Assembly: GCA_963813335.1 (NCBI GenBank)
Contig: CAWEYL010000004.1
Coordinates: 32,001-96,000, forward strand
From: an uncultured Chloroflexia bacterium
GTDB lineage: Bacteria; Chloroflexota; Limnocylindria; Limnocylindrales; CSP1-4
Direction of reading: 5' to 3'
DNA length: 64,000 nucleotides
The notes beneath the pieces are model-generated. The model was given only the letters and a program-made list of their open reading frames with translations, did not search any database and was not told where the DNA came from. Below, in pieces: positions 49,029 to 59,578 of the stretch. The translations under genes were made by a program, and so were the position numbers. The stretch's first letter is position 1; the number at the start of each line of letters is the position of its first letter.

Positions 49029-49175
49029 ACAGAACGCTATGGCCGATCCGTGGACGCGGATCGCCCGGGATCCAGGGTCCGCGAGACGTGGCACACGGGA
49101 GTCCACGCACGGATCCGCCGGCATCGGGCAGCAGATCCGGTGGCGACGGTCCGGAGACCGGCCATAACGTTCTGC
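49029..49175 (+). ncRNA. structured RNA candidate (Flavo-1/CyVA-1-like)
   Basis: Closing stem CAGAACGCTATGGCCG / CGGCCATAACGTTCTG; GTC-CGCGA-GAC-GTGGCACAC core; GGTC-CGGA-GACC hairpin; CACGAT -10 at 49015. Confidence 0.6.
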
Positions 49176-49330
49176 CTGTGAGCATCCGGCCAGGTCGAGG
49201 GTTGCCGGCACCGGCGCTCGCCGCAACCCGGCCACGGTGCACCCGAAAACCGACCGACACGATCCCGTCGTACCAGACGTCACGGGGTGATTCCCCCGTC
49301 CCATCCCCCAACGATCCAAGGAGATCACGC

Positions 49331-49579
49331 ATGCCCACGTACATGGACGTCCACGACCTGCCCGGGGTCAAGGCCGACGCCGTCGCCGTCGCCCACGAAG
49401 CCGACCTTCGCGTCCAGGGCGCGTACGGCGTCGACTACAAGCAGTACTGGGTCGACGAGCAGGCCGGCAAGGTGTTCTGCCTCGTCGATGCGCCCGATCG
49501 CGAGACCGCCACGCGGGTACATCGTGAAGCCCACGGCCTCGAGGCCCACACGCTCCACGAGGTGACCCAGGGCGCCTAG
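49331..49579 (+). CDS. DUF4242 (SCO4226-like) protein
   Basis: MPTYMDVH, AHEADL, YWVD...KVFCLVDAP, HREAHG; AAGGAG RBS. Confidence 0.9.
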   Translation: MPTYMDVHDLPGVKADAVAVAHEADLRVQGAYGVDYKQYWVDEQAGKVFCLVDAPDRETATRVHREAHGLEAHTLHEVTQGA

Positions 49580-49731
49580 CCCACGCCCGACCGGATCGGC
49601 GTGCGCCCAGCGCGCGTCGTCCGGTCTCGCATTCCCACCGGACAGGACTTCCGAGGGATACGACGACCCGCTCTCGACGCCGACCATAGCCGTGACCCTC
49701 CCCGCACGTGGGTCCGGATCCGGGTGGGACG

Positions 49732-50547
49732 ATGAAGAAGAGCGACGAGATGTGGGCCTGCACGGCCTGCCGCTCGATCAACGCCAAGCGCTCCGACCGC
49801 TGCTACCGCTGCTTCACCCCGCGCTCCGCCGCCGGTGTCGCGCCGACGGAACTTCCTACCATCGGGCACGCGGCGCCGCCACCGGTCGCCGGCCGCTACA
49901 GGGACTCGCGCATCCGCGCCTTGCTCGTGAGCATGGCCGTCGTGATGGCCGCAGTCAGCACCGGCGCCATCTGGTGGATGCTCCACGAGGCCGGCCAGGC
50001 GCTCTCCGCCGGGGCGGATGACGCGGCCGGCACGATCATGGACCAGAGCGGGGCGATCTTCGCCTGGTGGCTCGTGTCCGTGGGGATCACCCTCGTCGCG
50101 TACGGCGCCTGGATCAGCCGCGTCATCGAGAACCTGCCCGCCCTCGGCCTGGGATATTCGCGGGTCTCGCCGCGGACCGCGTTCTTCGAGCCGTTGATCG
50201 TCGGGTTCAACATGCGCTCGCTGCCAGCCCGGGTCGGCGAGGTCCTCCGCCGGCTCGACCACAGTCGCCGCGGCGAGGGGATCATCGCGGCGGCCTACTT
50301 CGCGTTCATCGCGCCGCTGCTGGTCATGCTCCTCTTCAATCGCGCAGCCTTCTTCTTCACCCCGCGCACGGAGCGCTACGCCGACATGACCACGATCGGC
50401 CTGATCGGGTTCGGCGTCCAGGCGATCGGCTTCGCCCTCGTGATCGTGCTGATCTGGCATGTCGAACGACGCTGCCGCGAGCGGGCGGCGGGCGTGGCCG
50501 GCCGGGCGCCGGCCTCCACCGAGCCCTCGACGGTCACGGCGACCTAG
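49732..50547 (+). CDS. DUF4328-like membrane protein with N-terminal RanBP2-type zinc finger
   Basis: WACTACRSINAKRSDRCYRC, then TMs with WISRVIENLPALG. Confidence 0.75.
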   Translation: MKKSDEMWACTACRSINAKRSDRCYRCFTPRSAAGVAPTELPTIGHAAPPPVAGRYRDSRIRALLVSMAVVMAAVSTGAIWWMLHEAGQALSAGADDAAGTIMDQSGAIFAWWLVSVGITLVAYGAWISRVIENLPALGLGYSRVSPRTAFFEPLIVGFNMRSLPARVGEVLRRLDHSRRGEGIIAAAYFAFIAPLLVMLLFNRAAFFFTPRTERYADMTTIGLIGFGVQAIGFALVIVLIWHVERRCRERAAGVAGRAPASTEPSTVTAT

Positions 50548-50549
50548 GC

Positions 50550-51491
50550 GTGCGCCTCGCGCGGTCCCGCTGGGGCGCGCTCCTGATCGCGACGGTCGCG
50601 CTCACCGCGGCGGCGTGTGTCGGCGACCCGATCGCCTCACCGACGCCGACCTCGACATCGACAGCGGCGGCGCCGTCCCAGGCGGCCGCCCCGACCCAGA
50701 CACCGAAGCCGACCCCCGCACCACTCCCGTCACGCACACCGAGGCCGCCGGCCACGATCCCGCCCGCCGCATCGCCATGGAGCGTGCCGGGCTCCGATCC
50801 GGCGGCGACGGCCGCCGTCCTCGAGGCCGTCCGCCAGCTCGGGACGCTGACGTCGTACCGGTTCGAGTCGTCCGTCACCGGACGCAGCGTCCTCAAGCTC
50901 GACGAGGACCAACTTCTCGACACCGGCGCGAAGGGCTGGCTCACGCACACGCCGAACGTGAATGTCGAGGGGGACTTCGGGACCCGGATGGTCGAAGCCG
51001 CCTTCGACGGCGCCGTCGGCAGCAGCCAGCACCTGGTCCTGCTCGACGGGACGGGCTGGGGCGTTCGCCCGAACCACAGCCCCGAGCCGACCGCGGTCCC
51101 CGCGGAGACGGTCGACTTCCTGGTCGGGATGTTCCTCCCAGAGGGTGTCGCCGAGCGGACGATCCGGCCATTCGCCGAAGGGTTCGAACGCGTCGGCACC
51201 GAACGACATGACGGCGTCGCCACGACGCACTACCGGCTCACGCCGGGGGGCGCGGACGCGTACACCAACGTCACCGGGGTCGTGGGCACGTGGACCGGCG
51301 ACCTCTGGATCGCCGAGGACGGGCACCTCGTCGCCGCGACGCTCGACGGGACGCCGCCACCGCGGCCCACGCCATCGCCCGACCCGTCGGGCCGCGACAC
51401 CCCGACGTGGTCGAAGGACCGCGGCCTGCACGTGATCATCAAGATCACCGACGCGAACGACCCCACCATCGAGGTCAAGCCGCCCGCCTGA
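50550..51491 (+). CDS. lipoprotein (LppX/LprAFG-like fold)
   Basis: AAAC lipobox, Pro/Thr linker, VGTERHDGVATTHY, DLWIAEDG, IEVKPP. Confidence 0.72.
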   Translation: MRLARSRWGALLIATVALTAAACVGDPIASPTPTSTSTAAAPSQAAAPTQTPKPTPAPLPSRTPRPPATIPPAASPWSVPGSDPAATAAVLEAVRQLGTLTSYRFESSVTGRSVLKLDEDQLLDTGAKGWLTHTPNVNVEGDFGTRMVEAAFDGAVGSSQHLVLLDGTGWGVRPNHSPEPTAVPAETVDFLVGMFLPEGVAERTIRPFAEGFERVGTERHDGVATTHYRLTPGGADAYTNVTGVVGTWTGDLWIAEDGHLVAATLDGTPPPRPTPSPDPSGRDTPTWSKDRGLHVIIKITDANDPTIEVKPPA

Positions 51492-51533
51492 CGCGACCGC
51501 TCCACCTTCGCCATCGGACGCTACGCTGTCGAG

Positions 51534-52187
51534 GTGACGACCCAGCCCACCCGACCCGAGATCCCGGCCGGTCTCCTCGCCGGCGGCGTGGTCGCCATCG
51601 CGCGGCGGCTCTCGTCCGAGGCGGCCCCGGTCGTGGCCGACGCCCTCGCCGAGGGCGGCGTCCACGCCTTCGAGATCACCCTCAACGAGCCGAAGGCCGT
51701 CGCGTTCCGCGCCATCGAAACCGTCGCCGCGAGCGGCTCGGACGTCGCGATCGGGGCCGGGACCGTGCTGACCATCGAGGACGCCGGCCTCGCCATCGAT
51801 TCCGGCGCGACCTTCCTGGTGATGCCGACCACCGACCCCGAGCTCGTGCGCTGGGCCGCCGCGCGCGGCATCCCGGCCTTCCCCGGCGCGGCCACCCCGA
51901 CCGAGATCCTGGCCGCGTGGCGCGCCGGCGCGGCCGCGGTGAAGCTCTTCCCGGCGTCCGCCCTCGGCCCGTCGTTCGTCCGTGAGTGCCGCGGGCCGTT
52001 CCCGGACATCCCGCTCGTCCCGACCGGCGGCGTGACCGCCGACACGGCCGGCTCGTTCATCGCCGCCGGGGCGGTGGCGGTCGGCCTCGGCAGCTGGCTC
52101 GTCGGCGACGGCGTCGCCAACGGCGTGACGCGGCGGGCCCGCCAGGTGGTCGACGCCGTCGCGTCCGCCCGCGAGGGACGTCACTGA
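51534..52187 (+). CDS. eda: KDPG/KHG (or KDPGal) aldolase
   Basis: FEITL, IGAGTVL, TPTEI, VKLFPA, PTGGV; leaderless. Confidence 0.92.
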   Translation: MTTQPTRPEIPAGLLAGGVVAIARRLSSEAAPVVADALAEGGVHAFEITLNEPKAVAFRAIETVAASGSDVAIGAGTVLTIEDAGLAIDSGATFLVMPTTDPELVRWAAARGIPAFPGAATPTEILAAWRAGAAAVKLFPASALGPSFVRECRGPFPDIPLVPTGGVTADTAGSFIAAGAVAVGLGSWLVGDGVANGVTRRARQVVDAVASAREGRH

Positions 52188-53164
52188 TGGCCGCCGACGT
52201 CGTCACCCTCGGCGAATGCCTGATCTCGCTGATCCCCACCGCACCCGGGCCACTCGCCGAGGCGACCACGTTCGAGCGCCATGTCGCCGGTGCCGAGGCG
52301 AATGTCGCGGTGGGGCTCGCCCGGCTGGGCCATTCGGTCGCCTACATCGGGCGGGTCGGCGGCGACGGCTTCGGGACCGCCATCGTGCGTCGGCTGCGCG
52401 GCGAGGGCGTTGACGTCGGCCACCTTGTCATCGACGGCGAGGCGACCACCGGCCTGATGCTGCGCGAGCGGCGCGTCCTCGGGGCCGCCCAGGTCGTCTA
52501 CGCGCGGACCGGCTCAGCCGGCTCGCGACTATCGGTGATCGACGTGGACCGGGCCGCCGCCGACGGCATGTTCGCCGGCGCGCGCTGGCTGCACATCACC
52601 GGGATCACGCCGGCCCTGTCGGCCATGGCGCACGAGGCCGTACGCCAGGCGGTGGAGCTGGCGCGGACGTTCGACCTTACGGTCAGCTTCGACGTGAACC
52701 TCCGCCGCCGCCTCTGGACCGAAGCCGACGCCGCGCCGGTCGTGCGCACGTTCGCCGAGCACGCCGACATCGTCCTCGGCAGCCCGGACGAGCTCGCGGT
52801 CGTGACGGGTTCGACGAGCGACGACCCCGAGGACCTCGCCCGCGCGGTGCTCGATCTGGGTCCGTCGATCGCGGTCGTGAAGCTCGGCGCCGATGGGGCG
52901 CTCGGCCTCGAGCGGGGCGCGGCGCCGATCGAGAGCCCGGCGCTCCCGGTCCCGGCCGCCCTGGACCCCGTCGGGGCCGGCGACGGGTTCTGTGCCGGGT
53001 TCATCGCCGCGCGCCTGGACGGGGCGGACCTGGCGACGGCGCTGCGCACCGCGAACGCCTGCGGCGCGGCCGCCGTGGCCGCGGTCGGCGACCTGGCCGG
53101 CCTGCCCGATCCCACCGAGCTCGCACGGCTGCTCGCCGCCGCCGGCCCCGACACCATCCGGTGA
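52187..53164 (+). CDS. kdgK: PfkB sugar kinase (2-keto-3-deoxygluconate kinase-like)
   Basis: AGAEANVAVGLARLG, SFDVNLR, DPVGAGDGF. Confidence 0.85.
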   Translation: MAADVVTLGECLISLIPTAPGPLAEATTFERHVAGAEANVAVGLARLGHSVAYIGRVGGDGFGTAIVRRLRGEGVDVGHLVIDGEATTGLMLRERRVLGAAQVVYARTGSAGSRLSVIDVDRAAADGMFAGARWLHITGITPALSAMAHEAVRQAVELARTFDLTVSFDVNLRRRLWTEADAAPVVRTFAEHADIVLGSPDELAVVTGSTSDDPEDLARAVLDLGPSIAVVKLGADGALGLERGAAPIESPALPVPAALDPVGAGDGFCAGFIAARLDGADLATALRTANACGAAAVAAVGDLAGLPDPTELARLLAAAGPDTIR

Positions 53165-54441
53165 CAGCCGGACCCGGGACGCCCTTCGACGGCGAGGCCG
53201 ACGCCCGAGCCCGGGACGCCGCCGACCCGTTGACCGCGAACCGCGACCGCTTCCTCCTCCCTGACGGGCCGGACGGCCCGGCCGGCCCGCCGGCGGTCTA
53301 CCTCGCCGGCCAGTCGCTCGGCCTCCAGGCCCGGACCGTCCGGCCGCTGGTCGAGGCCGAGCTGGACGCCTGGGCCCACCGCGGCGTCGAGGGCCATTTC
53401 GCGGCGGACCGGCCGTGGTTCACCAGCGACGAGGCGTTCCGCGACCCGATGGCCGGTCTCGTCGGCGCGTCGCGGAGCGAGGTCGCCGTGCTGAACACGC
53501 TGACCGTCAACCTGCACCTCATGCTCGCCTCGTTCTTCCGCCCGGCGGGGCCGCGCCGCCGGATCCTGACCGATGCCCCGATCTTCCCGTCCGACCGGCA
53601 CGCGTTCCGGAGCCACCTCGCCTGGCGCGGCCTGGACCCCGACGCGGACCTGGTCGCCATCGGTCCACGCGCCGGCGAGGACACCGTCCGGATCGAGGAC
53701 CTCGAGGCGGCCATCGCGGAGCACGGCCCCACCCTCGCGCTCGTGGTCCTCGACGGCGTGAACTTCGCGACCGGGCAGGCCCTCCCGGTCGCCCGCCTGA
53801 CCGAGGCCGGCCATCGAGCCGGGGCGGTCGTCGGCTGGGACATGGCACATGCCGCGGGGAACGTCCCGCTGGCGCTCCATGACGACGGCGTCGATTTCGC
53901 CGTCTGGTGCACCTACAAGTACCTGAACGGCGGGCCGGGCTCGGTCGGCGCGATCTTCGTGCACGACCGCCACACGGCCGCCGGCGCGGACGTGCCGCGT
54001 CTCACCGGCTGGTGGGGGGCGACCCCCGAGCACCGCTTCGACCAGGCCGGCCCGATCGTCCCGGACACCGGCGCGGCCGCCTGGAAGATGTCGACCTCGC
54101 CGCTCTTCAACATGCTGGCCCTGGAGGCGTCGCTGGCCATCTTCGACGAGGTCGGCCTGCCGGCCCTGCGCGAGCGCTCGGTCCGGCTCACGGGCTATCT
54201 CGAGGCACTGCTCGACCGCCTCGGCGTCGCGATCCTGACGCCGTCGGACCCGTCAGCACGCGGCGCCCAGCTGTCACTCCGGTTCGGTGACGCGCCAGCC
54301 GTGCTCGAGGCGCTGGCGCAGCGGGGCGTCATCGCCGACTACCGCGAGCCGGACATCATCCGGGTCGCGCCGATCCCGCTCTACAACACGTTCCTCGACC
54401 TCTGGCGGTTCGGCGCGATCCTCCGCGAGATCCTGGCCTAG
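53161..54441 (+). CDS. kynU: kynureninase
   Basis: YLAGQSLG, NTLTVNLH, FPSD, DMAHAAGN, WCTYKYLNGGPG, GWWG, RGAQLS. Confidence 0.93.
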   Translation: MTAGPGTPFDGEADARARDAADPLTANRDRFLLPDGPDGPAGPPAVYLAGQSLGLQARTVRPLVEAELDAWAHRGVEGHFAADRPWFTSDEAFRDPMAGLVGASRSEVAVLNTLTVNLHLMLASFFRPAGPRRRILTDAPIFPSDRHAFRSHLAWRGLDPDADLVAIGPRAGEDTVRIEDLEAAIAEHGPTLALVVLDGVNFATGQALPVARLTEAGHRAGAVVGWDMAHAAGNVPLALHDDGVDFAVWCTYKYLNGGPGSVGAIFVHDRHTAAGADVPRLTGWWGATPEHRFDQAGPIVPDTGAAAWKMSTSPLFNMLALEASLAIFDEVGLPALRERSVRLTGYLEALLDRLGVAILTPSDPSARGAQLSLRFGDAPAVLEALAQRGVIADYREPDIIRVAPIPLYNTFLDLWRFGAILREILA

Positions 54442-55319
54442 GCGGCGAACTCGACCGCCGGGTAGCCGCGGAACCCGGGCCGCACCTTGAACAGGCTGCC
54501 GGCGTGGGGCTCCGAGGCGCGCTGGGCGTCGGACAATTCGGACCAGGCGCACGTGATGTACAGGTCCTCGAGGTCCGGGCCGCCGAACATGACGCTCGTC
54601 ACGTGCGAGGCGGCCACGTCGACGACGACATCGATGCCGCCGCCGGGCGCGAAGCGGACGACCTTCCAGCCGTTCCAGAGCGCCACCCACAGCCCGCCCT
54701 CGGTGTCCATGGTCATGCCGTCGAGGTCGCCCGGCTCGTCGTCGGCCAGGGTCAGGTGCGTCCGCCGGCCCGAGATCGCGCCGGTCGCGAGGTCGTAGTC
54801 GAAGGCGTCGATGCGCCGCGTCGGCGTGTCGATGTAGTACAGCGTCCCGCCGTCGGGGGTCCAGACGAGCCCGTTCGAGATCGTGACCCCGTCGAGGAGC
54901 TGCGTCGTCGTCCCGTCCGGATCCAGCCGGTGGAAGCCACCGGCGCCGGGCCGCTTGTCGTAGGCCATCGAACCGGCGAGGAATCGCCCGACCGGGTCGC
55001 ACTTGCCGTCGTTGAAGCGGCGGTCGGGCAGGTCCGCCTCCACCGCCGCCAGCCGTCGCCACGCGTCCGACCCGGGGTCGGTCACCCAGAAGCCGTCCTG
55101 CAGCGCCGCCACCATCCCGCCGCCCTGGCGGATCGCGACCGAGCCGATGTCGGACGGCGTCGGCACCGAGGTGACGCGCCCGTCGGTCGGGCGGTAGCGG
55201 AGCACCTGGCGCCCCGGGATATCGACGAACGCGAGCTCCCCGGTCCGGGCATCCCAGATCGGCCCCTCGCCCAGCTCCCACCGGCCGTCGGCCACGACCT
55301 CGGCGGTCCACTTCTGCAT
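54438..55319 (-). CDS. SMP-30/gluconolactonase family protein
   Basis: LGEGPIW, RFNDGKCD, ISNGLVW, DGMTMD, FGGPDLEDLYIT. Confidence 0.92.
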   Translation of the reverse strand: MQKWTAEVVADGRWELGEGPIWDARTGELAFVDIPGRQVLRYRPTDGRVTSVPTPSDIGSVAIRQGGGMVAALQDGFWVTDPGSDAWRRLAAVEADLPDRRFNDGKCDPVGRFLAGSMAYDKRPGAGGFHRLDPDGTTTQLLDGVTISNGLVWTPDGGTLYYIDTPTRRIDAFDYDLATGAISGRRTHLTLADDEPGDLDGMTMDTEGGLWVALWNGWKVVRFAPGGGIDVVVDVAASHVTSVMFGGPDLEDLYITCAWSELSDAQRASEPHAGSLFKVRPGFRGYPAVEFAA

Positions 55320-55352
55320 GCCGCCATCGTGCCACGGCGCTACGCTCCGTGG

Positions 55353-56512
55353 ATGCGCATCGCAACGGTCGAGACCCGCATCGTCGGCAACGCCTGGAAG
55401 AACTGGCTGTTCGTCCGGGTCGAGACCGACGATGGCCTGCACGGCTACGGCGAGGGCACCGTCAACGGCTTCGCGGCGACGGTCGCGGCGGCCATCGAGG
55501 AGCTCAGCGACCAGTACCTCGGCGCGGACCCGCACGACGTCGAGGGGCTCCTCCAGCGGATGGTCCGCGACGTCTATTCCGACGGCGGGCAGATCCACAT
55601 GGCCGCCGTGGCCGCGATCGAGATCGCCTGCTGGGACATCGTCGGCAAGGCGGCCGGCCTGCCCGTCCACGCCCTCCTCGGCGGGCGGGTCCGCGAGCGC
55701 GTCCGCGCGTACGCCAATGGCTGGTACCGCACGGAGCGGGAGCCCGCCGCCGTGGCCGCCAAGGCGCGCGAGGTCGTCGCCGCCGGCTACACGGCGATGA
55801 AGTTCGACCCGTTCGGGACCGCCTGGCGCGTCCAGGACCGCCGCGAGGAGGACCTCTCGATCGACATCGTCCGCGCGGTCCGCGACGCCGTCGGCCCCGA
55901 CGTCGACCTGATGATCGAGGCGCACAACCGCTTCACCGGCTCGACCGCGCTGCGCATCGCCGACCGCCTCGCCGAGTTCCGGCCCGCCTGGCTCGAGGAG
56001 CCCGTCCACCACTCGCAGCTGGGCTCGATGGTCGAGGTCGCCCGCCGCTCGCCGGTGCCGATCGCGACCGGCGAGAGCTTCACCTCGCTCGGCCAGTTCG
56101 CCGACCTGCTGTCGCACGACGTCGTCCACATCCTCCAGCCCGAGCCGCTCCACCTCGGCGGCATCTGGCGCACCCGCCAGCTGGCGTCGATGGCCGAGGC
56201 CCACCTCGCGGTCGTCGCGCCGCACAACGCCCAGGGCCCGGTCTGCGGCGCGGTCGCGGTCCAGCTCGGCGCGTGCATCCCCAACTTCTATGTCCAGGAG
56301 ACCTTCGACGAGTTCAACGCCGACTGGACCCAGGAGATCGTGGACCGGCCGATCCGGCCCGTCGACGGCTATGTCGGGATCCCCGACGCACCCGGGCTCG
56401 GCATCGAGCTCGACTGGGACCGCCTCGGCGAGCACCCGTACCGGCGCCAGCACCTCATCCGGCTGTTCAGCCCGGGTTGGGAGCGCCGCGACGACGCGCC
56501 GGGCGAGCCCAC

Positions 56513-56516
<4 letters not shown>
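55353..56516 (+). CDS. mandelate racemase-family sugar-acid dehydratase (galactonate/gluconate dehydratase-like)
   Basis: YANGW, KFDP, EAHNR, WLEEP, ATGE, PHN; leaderless. Confidence 0.88.
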
Positions 56517-57706
<1,190 letters not shown>

Positions 57707-57786
57707 CAGCAGCGCCGAATCGGCCTGAACCAGGGTGGGTACGCCTCCCTCCGGCGTTCCCGCAGGACACGATGTAGGCTCGCGGC

Positions 57787-59565
57787 GTGGCAGCCGATCG
57801 CTTCCAGCGTCACCTCGTCGTCGTCCTGTACGGCCTGGCCCTGATCACGCTGGTCCTGCTCCTGCCTGACTTCGCCCCCAAGAGGTCGCAGTCAGGCACC
57901 CCGGTCGAGGCATACCGCGGCCGGATCGAACAGATCTCGACCCCGTCGACGGACCCCGAGTCGGACCTGCCGCCGGTCCCGATCGCGACCGTGACGATCC
58001 TCGACGGCCCGCGCCAGGGCCAGCGCCTGGACGCGTACCTTTCCGGCCCGAGTGGATCGCAGGACACCTCGACATACAGCGCCGGCCAGGAGGTCGTGGT
58101 GACCATCACCAAGACCGCCGACGGATCGCAGGACTACATCGAGGTGAGCGACCGCTGGCGGCTGCCGGGGCTGGGCATCCTGGCCCTCGTCTGTGCCATC
58201 GCGGTCGTGGTCGTCGGCGGCTGGCAGGGGCTTCGCGCCCTGGTCGCCCTCGGCCTGACCGCCGTCATCATCGTCAAGGTCCTGCTCCCGCTGATGATCG
58301 CCGGTGTCCCGCCGGTCCCCCTCGCCGTCCTGACGGCGAGCGGCGTGACCGTCGTCACGATCCTGATGACGGAGGGCCTGCGGCGCACCAGCCTGGCGGC
58401 CATCCTGGGCACGACCGGCGCCCTCGCGCTGAGTGGCCTGCTGGCCGCGGTCGCGACCGCGCTCCTCGGCTTCACGTACACCGCGGGCTCCGACCTCGCC
58501 TTCCTCGCGACGCCCGATGGCGGAGGGCTGGACCTGCGCGGCGTCCTGCTTGCCGCGATCATCCTCGGCTCGGTCGGCGTCCTTGACGATGTGACCGTCA
58601 CCCAGGCCGTCCTCGTCGACGAACTCGCGGGGAAAGGCCAGCTCCGCGGCGGCGCGCTCCTGCGCAGCGCGATGACCATCGGCCGCTCCCACATCGGGGC
58701 GACCGTGAACACGCTGTTCCTCGCGTACGTGGGGGTAGGCCTGCCGCTGCTCATCGTCCTGCTCGTCAGCGCTCAGCCCAGCGCGGCCGTCTTCAACGAC
58801 GAGTCGATCGCCACCGAGATCGTGCGCACACTGATCGGTAGCGTCGGGATCGTCGCGGCGATCCCGCTCACGACCTTCATCGCCGCCCCGCTCGTCGATC
58901 CCGCGCTCGCCTCGGACGGCAGCCCCGACGCGGGCCGCGCGAGGCGGCGGGTCGCCGGGGTCGTCGCCATCGTGGCCGCACTGCTGGTGGCGACATCGCT
59001 GTCATCGCTGCTGGCGCCGCCGCGAGCCCCGCTGGCGCCAGATCGTCTTGACCCGGGCGCGCTCGGCACCGGGAACGGGGTGGGCGCGTCGAGCGTTCCG
59101 CTCACCGACGTCGGTCGCTCGCCCGGTGCCTCCGCGGACGCCGGTGCCGGGTCGCCGGGGCCCGACGACTCCGCGGCACCCGGTGACGACCTGCAGCTCG
59201 TCGACCCGGGGCAGGCCGTTCCGGTCGACGTCGGGGGCGCGACCGTGGGAACCGTCGCGGTCGCCGAGCCGGACGCCACCGCCGGCCCGACCAGCTCGAC
59301 CCGGACGGTCACGACGACCGTCCACTACGAGGCGACTGCGAGATTCCCGCTTGCCAGCGGCAGCTGGGCGGTCCTGCTTGGCGACGGGACCGAGGTGGCG
59401 CTCACACCGGTGAGTCGCGATGAAGTCCTGCACTCGACCCTGACCGCCGGGCAGCGACTCGATGTCCCGCTGACAGGCGCCATCCCGAGCGACGCGAGCA
59501 GCGCCTTCGTCGTCTACGTCGACAGCGAGACGTCCAACCTCGTCTTCGCGGTCGAGGTCCCCTGA
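57787..59565 (+). CDS. YibE/F family membrane protein with C-terminal extension
   Basis: GVLDDVTVTQ, GRSHIGATVNTLFLAYVG, EIVRTLIGSVG; extra TM, linker and beta domain. Confidence 0.85.
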   Translation: MAADRFQRHLVVVLYGLALITLVLLLPDFAPKRSQSGTPVEAYRGRIEQISTPSTDPESDLPPVPIATVTILDGPRQGQRLDAYLSGPSGSQDTSTYSAGQEVVVTITKTADGSQDYIEVSDRWRLPGLGILALVCAIAVVVVGGWQGLRALVALGLTAVIIVKVLLPLMIAGVPPVPLAVLTASGVTVVTILMTEGLRRTSLAAILGTTGALALSGLLAAVATALLGFTYTAGSDLAFLATPDGGGLDLRGVLLAAIILGSVGVLDDVTVTQAVLVDELAGKGQLRGGALLRSAMTIGRSHIGATVNTLFLAYVGVGLPLLIVLLVSAQPSAAVFNDESIATEIVRTLIGSVGIVAAIPLTTFIAAPLVDPALASDGSPDAGRARRRVAGVVAIVAALLVATSLSSLLAPPRAPLAPDRLDPGALGTGNGVGASSVPLTDVGRSPGASADAGAGSPGPDDSAAPGDDLQLVDPGQAVPVDVGGATVGTVAVAEPDATAGPTSSTRTVTTTVHYEATARFPLASGSWAVLLGDGTEVALTPVSRDEVLHSTLTAGQRLDVPLTGAIPSDASSAFVVYVDSETSNLVFAVEVP

Positions 59566-59578
59566 GCGAAGCTCCGGA

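Noticed and set aside
49018-49186. Element as 6S RNA, SRP RNA, SAM/Moco riboswitch or attC site
   Set aside because: It lacks the SRP GGAAGGAAGCAG core, SAM-I and Moco consensus segments and a 6S central bubble, and the attC core orientation is reversed.
49019-49330. N-terminal extension of the DUF4242 ORF (186 aa)
   Set aside because: The domain begins at ATG 49331 with its own AAGGAG RBS; the extension is low-complexity and overlaps the RNA candidate.
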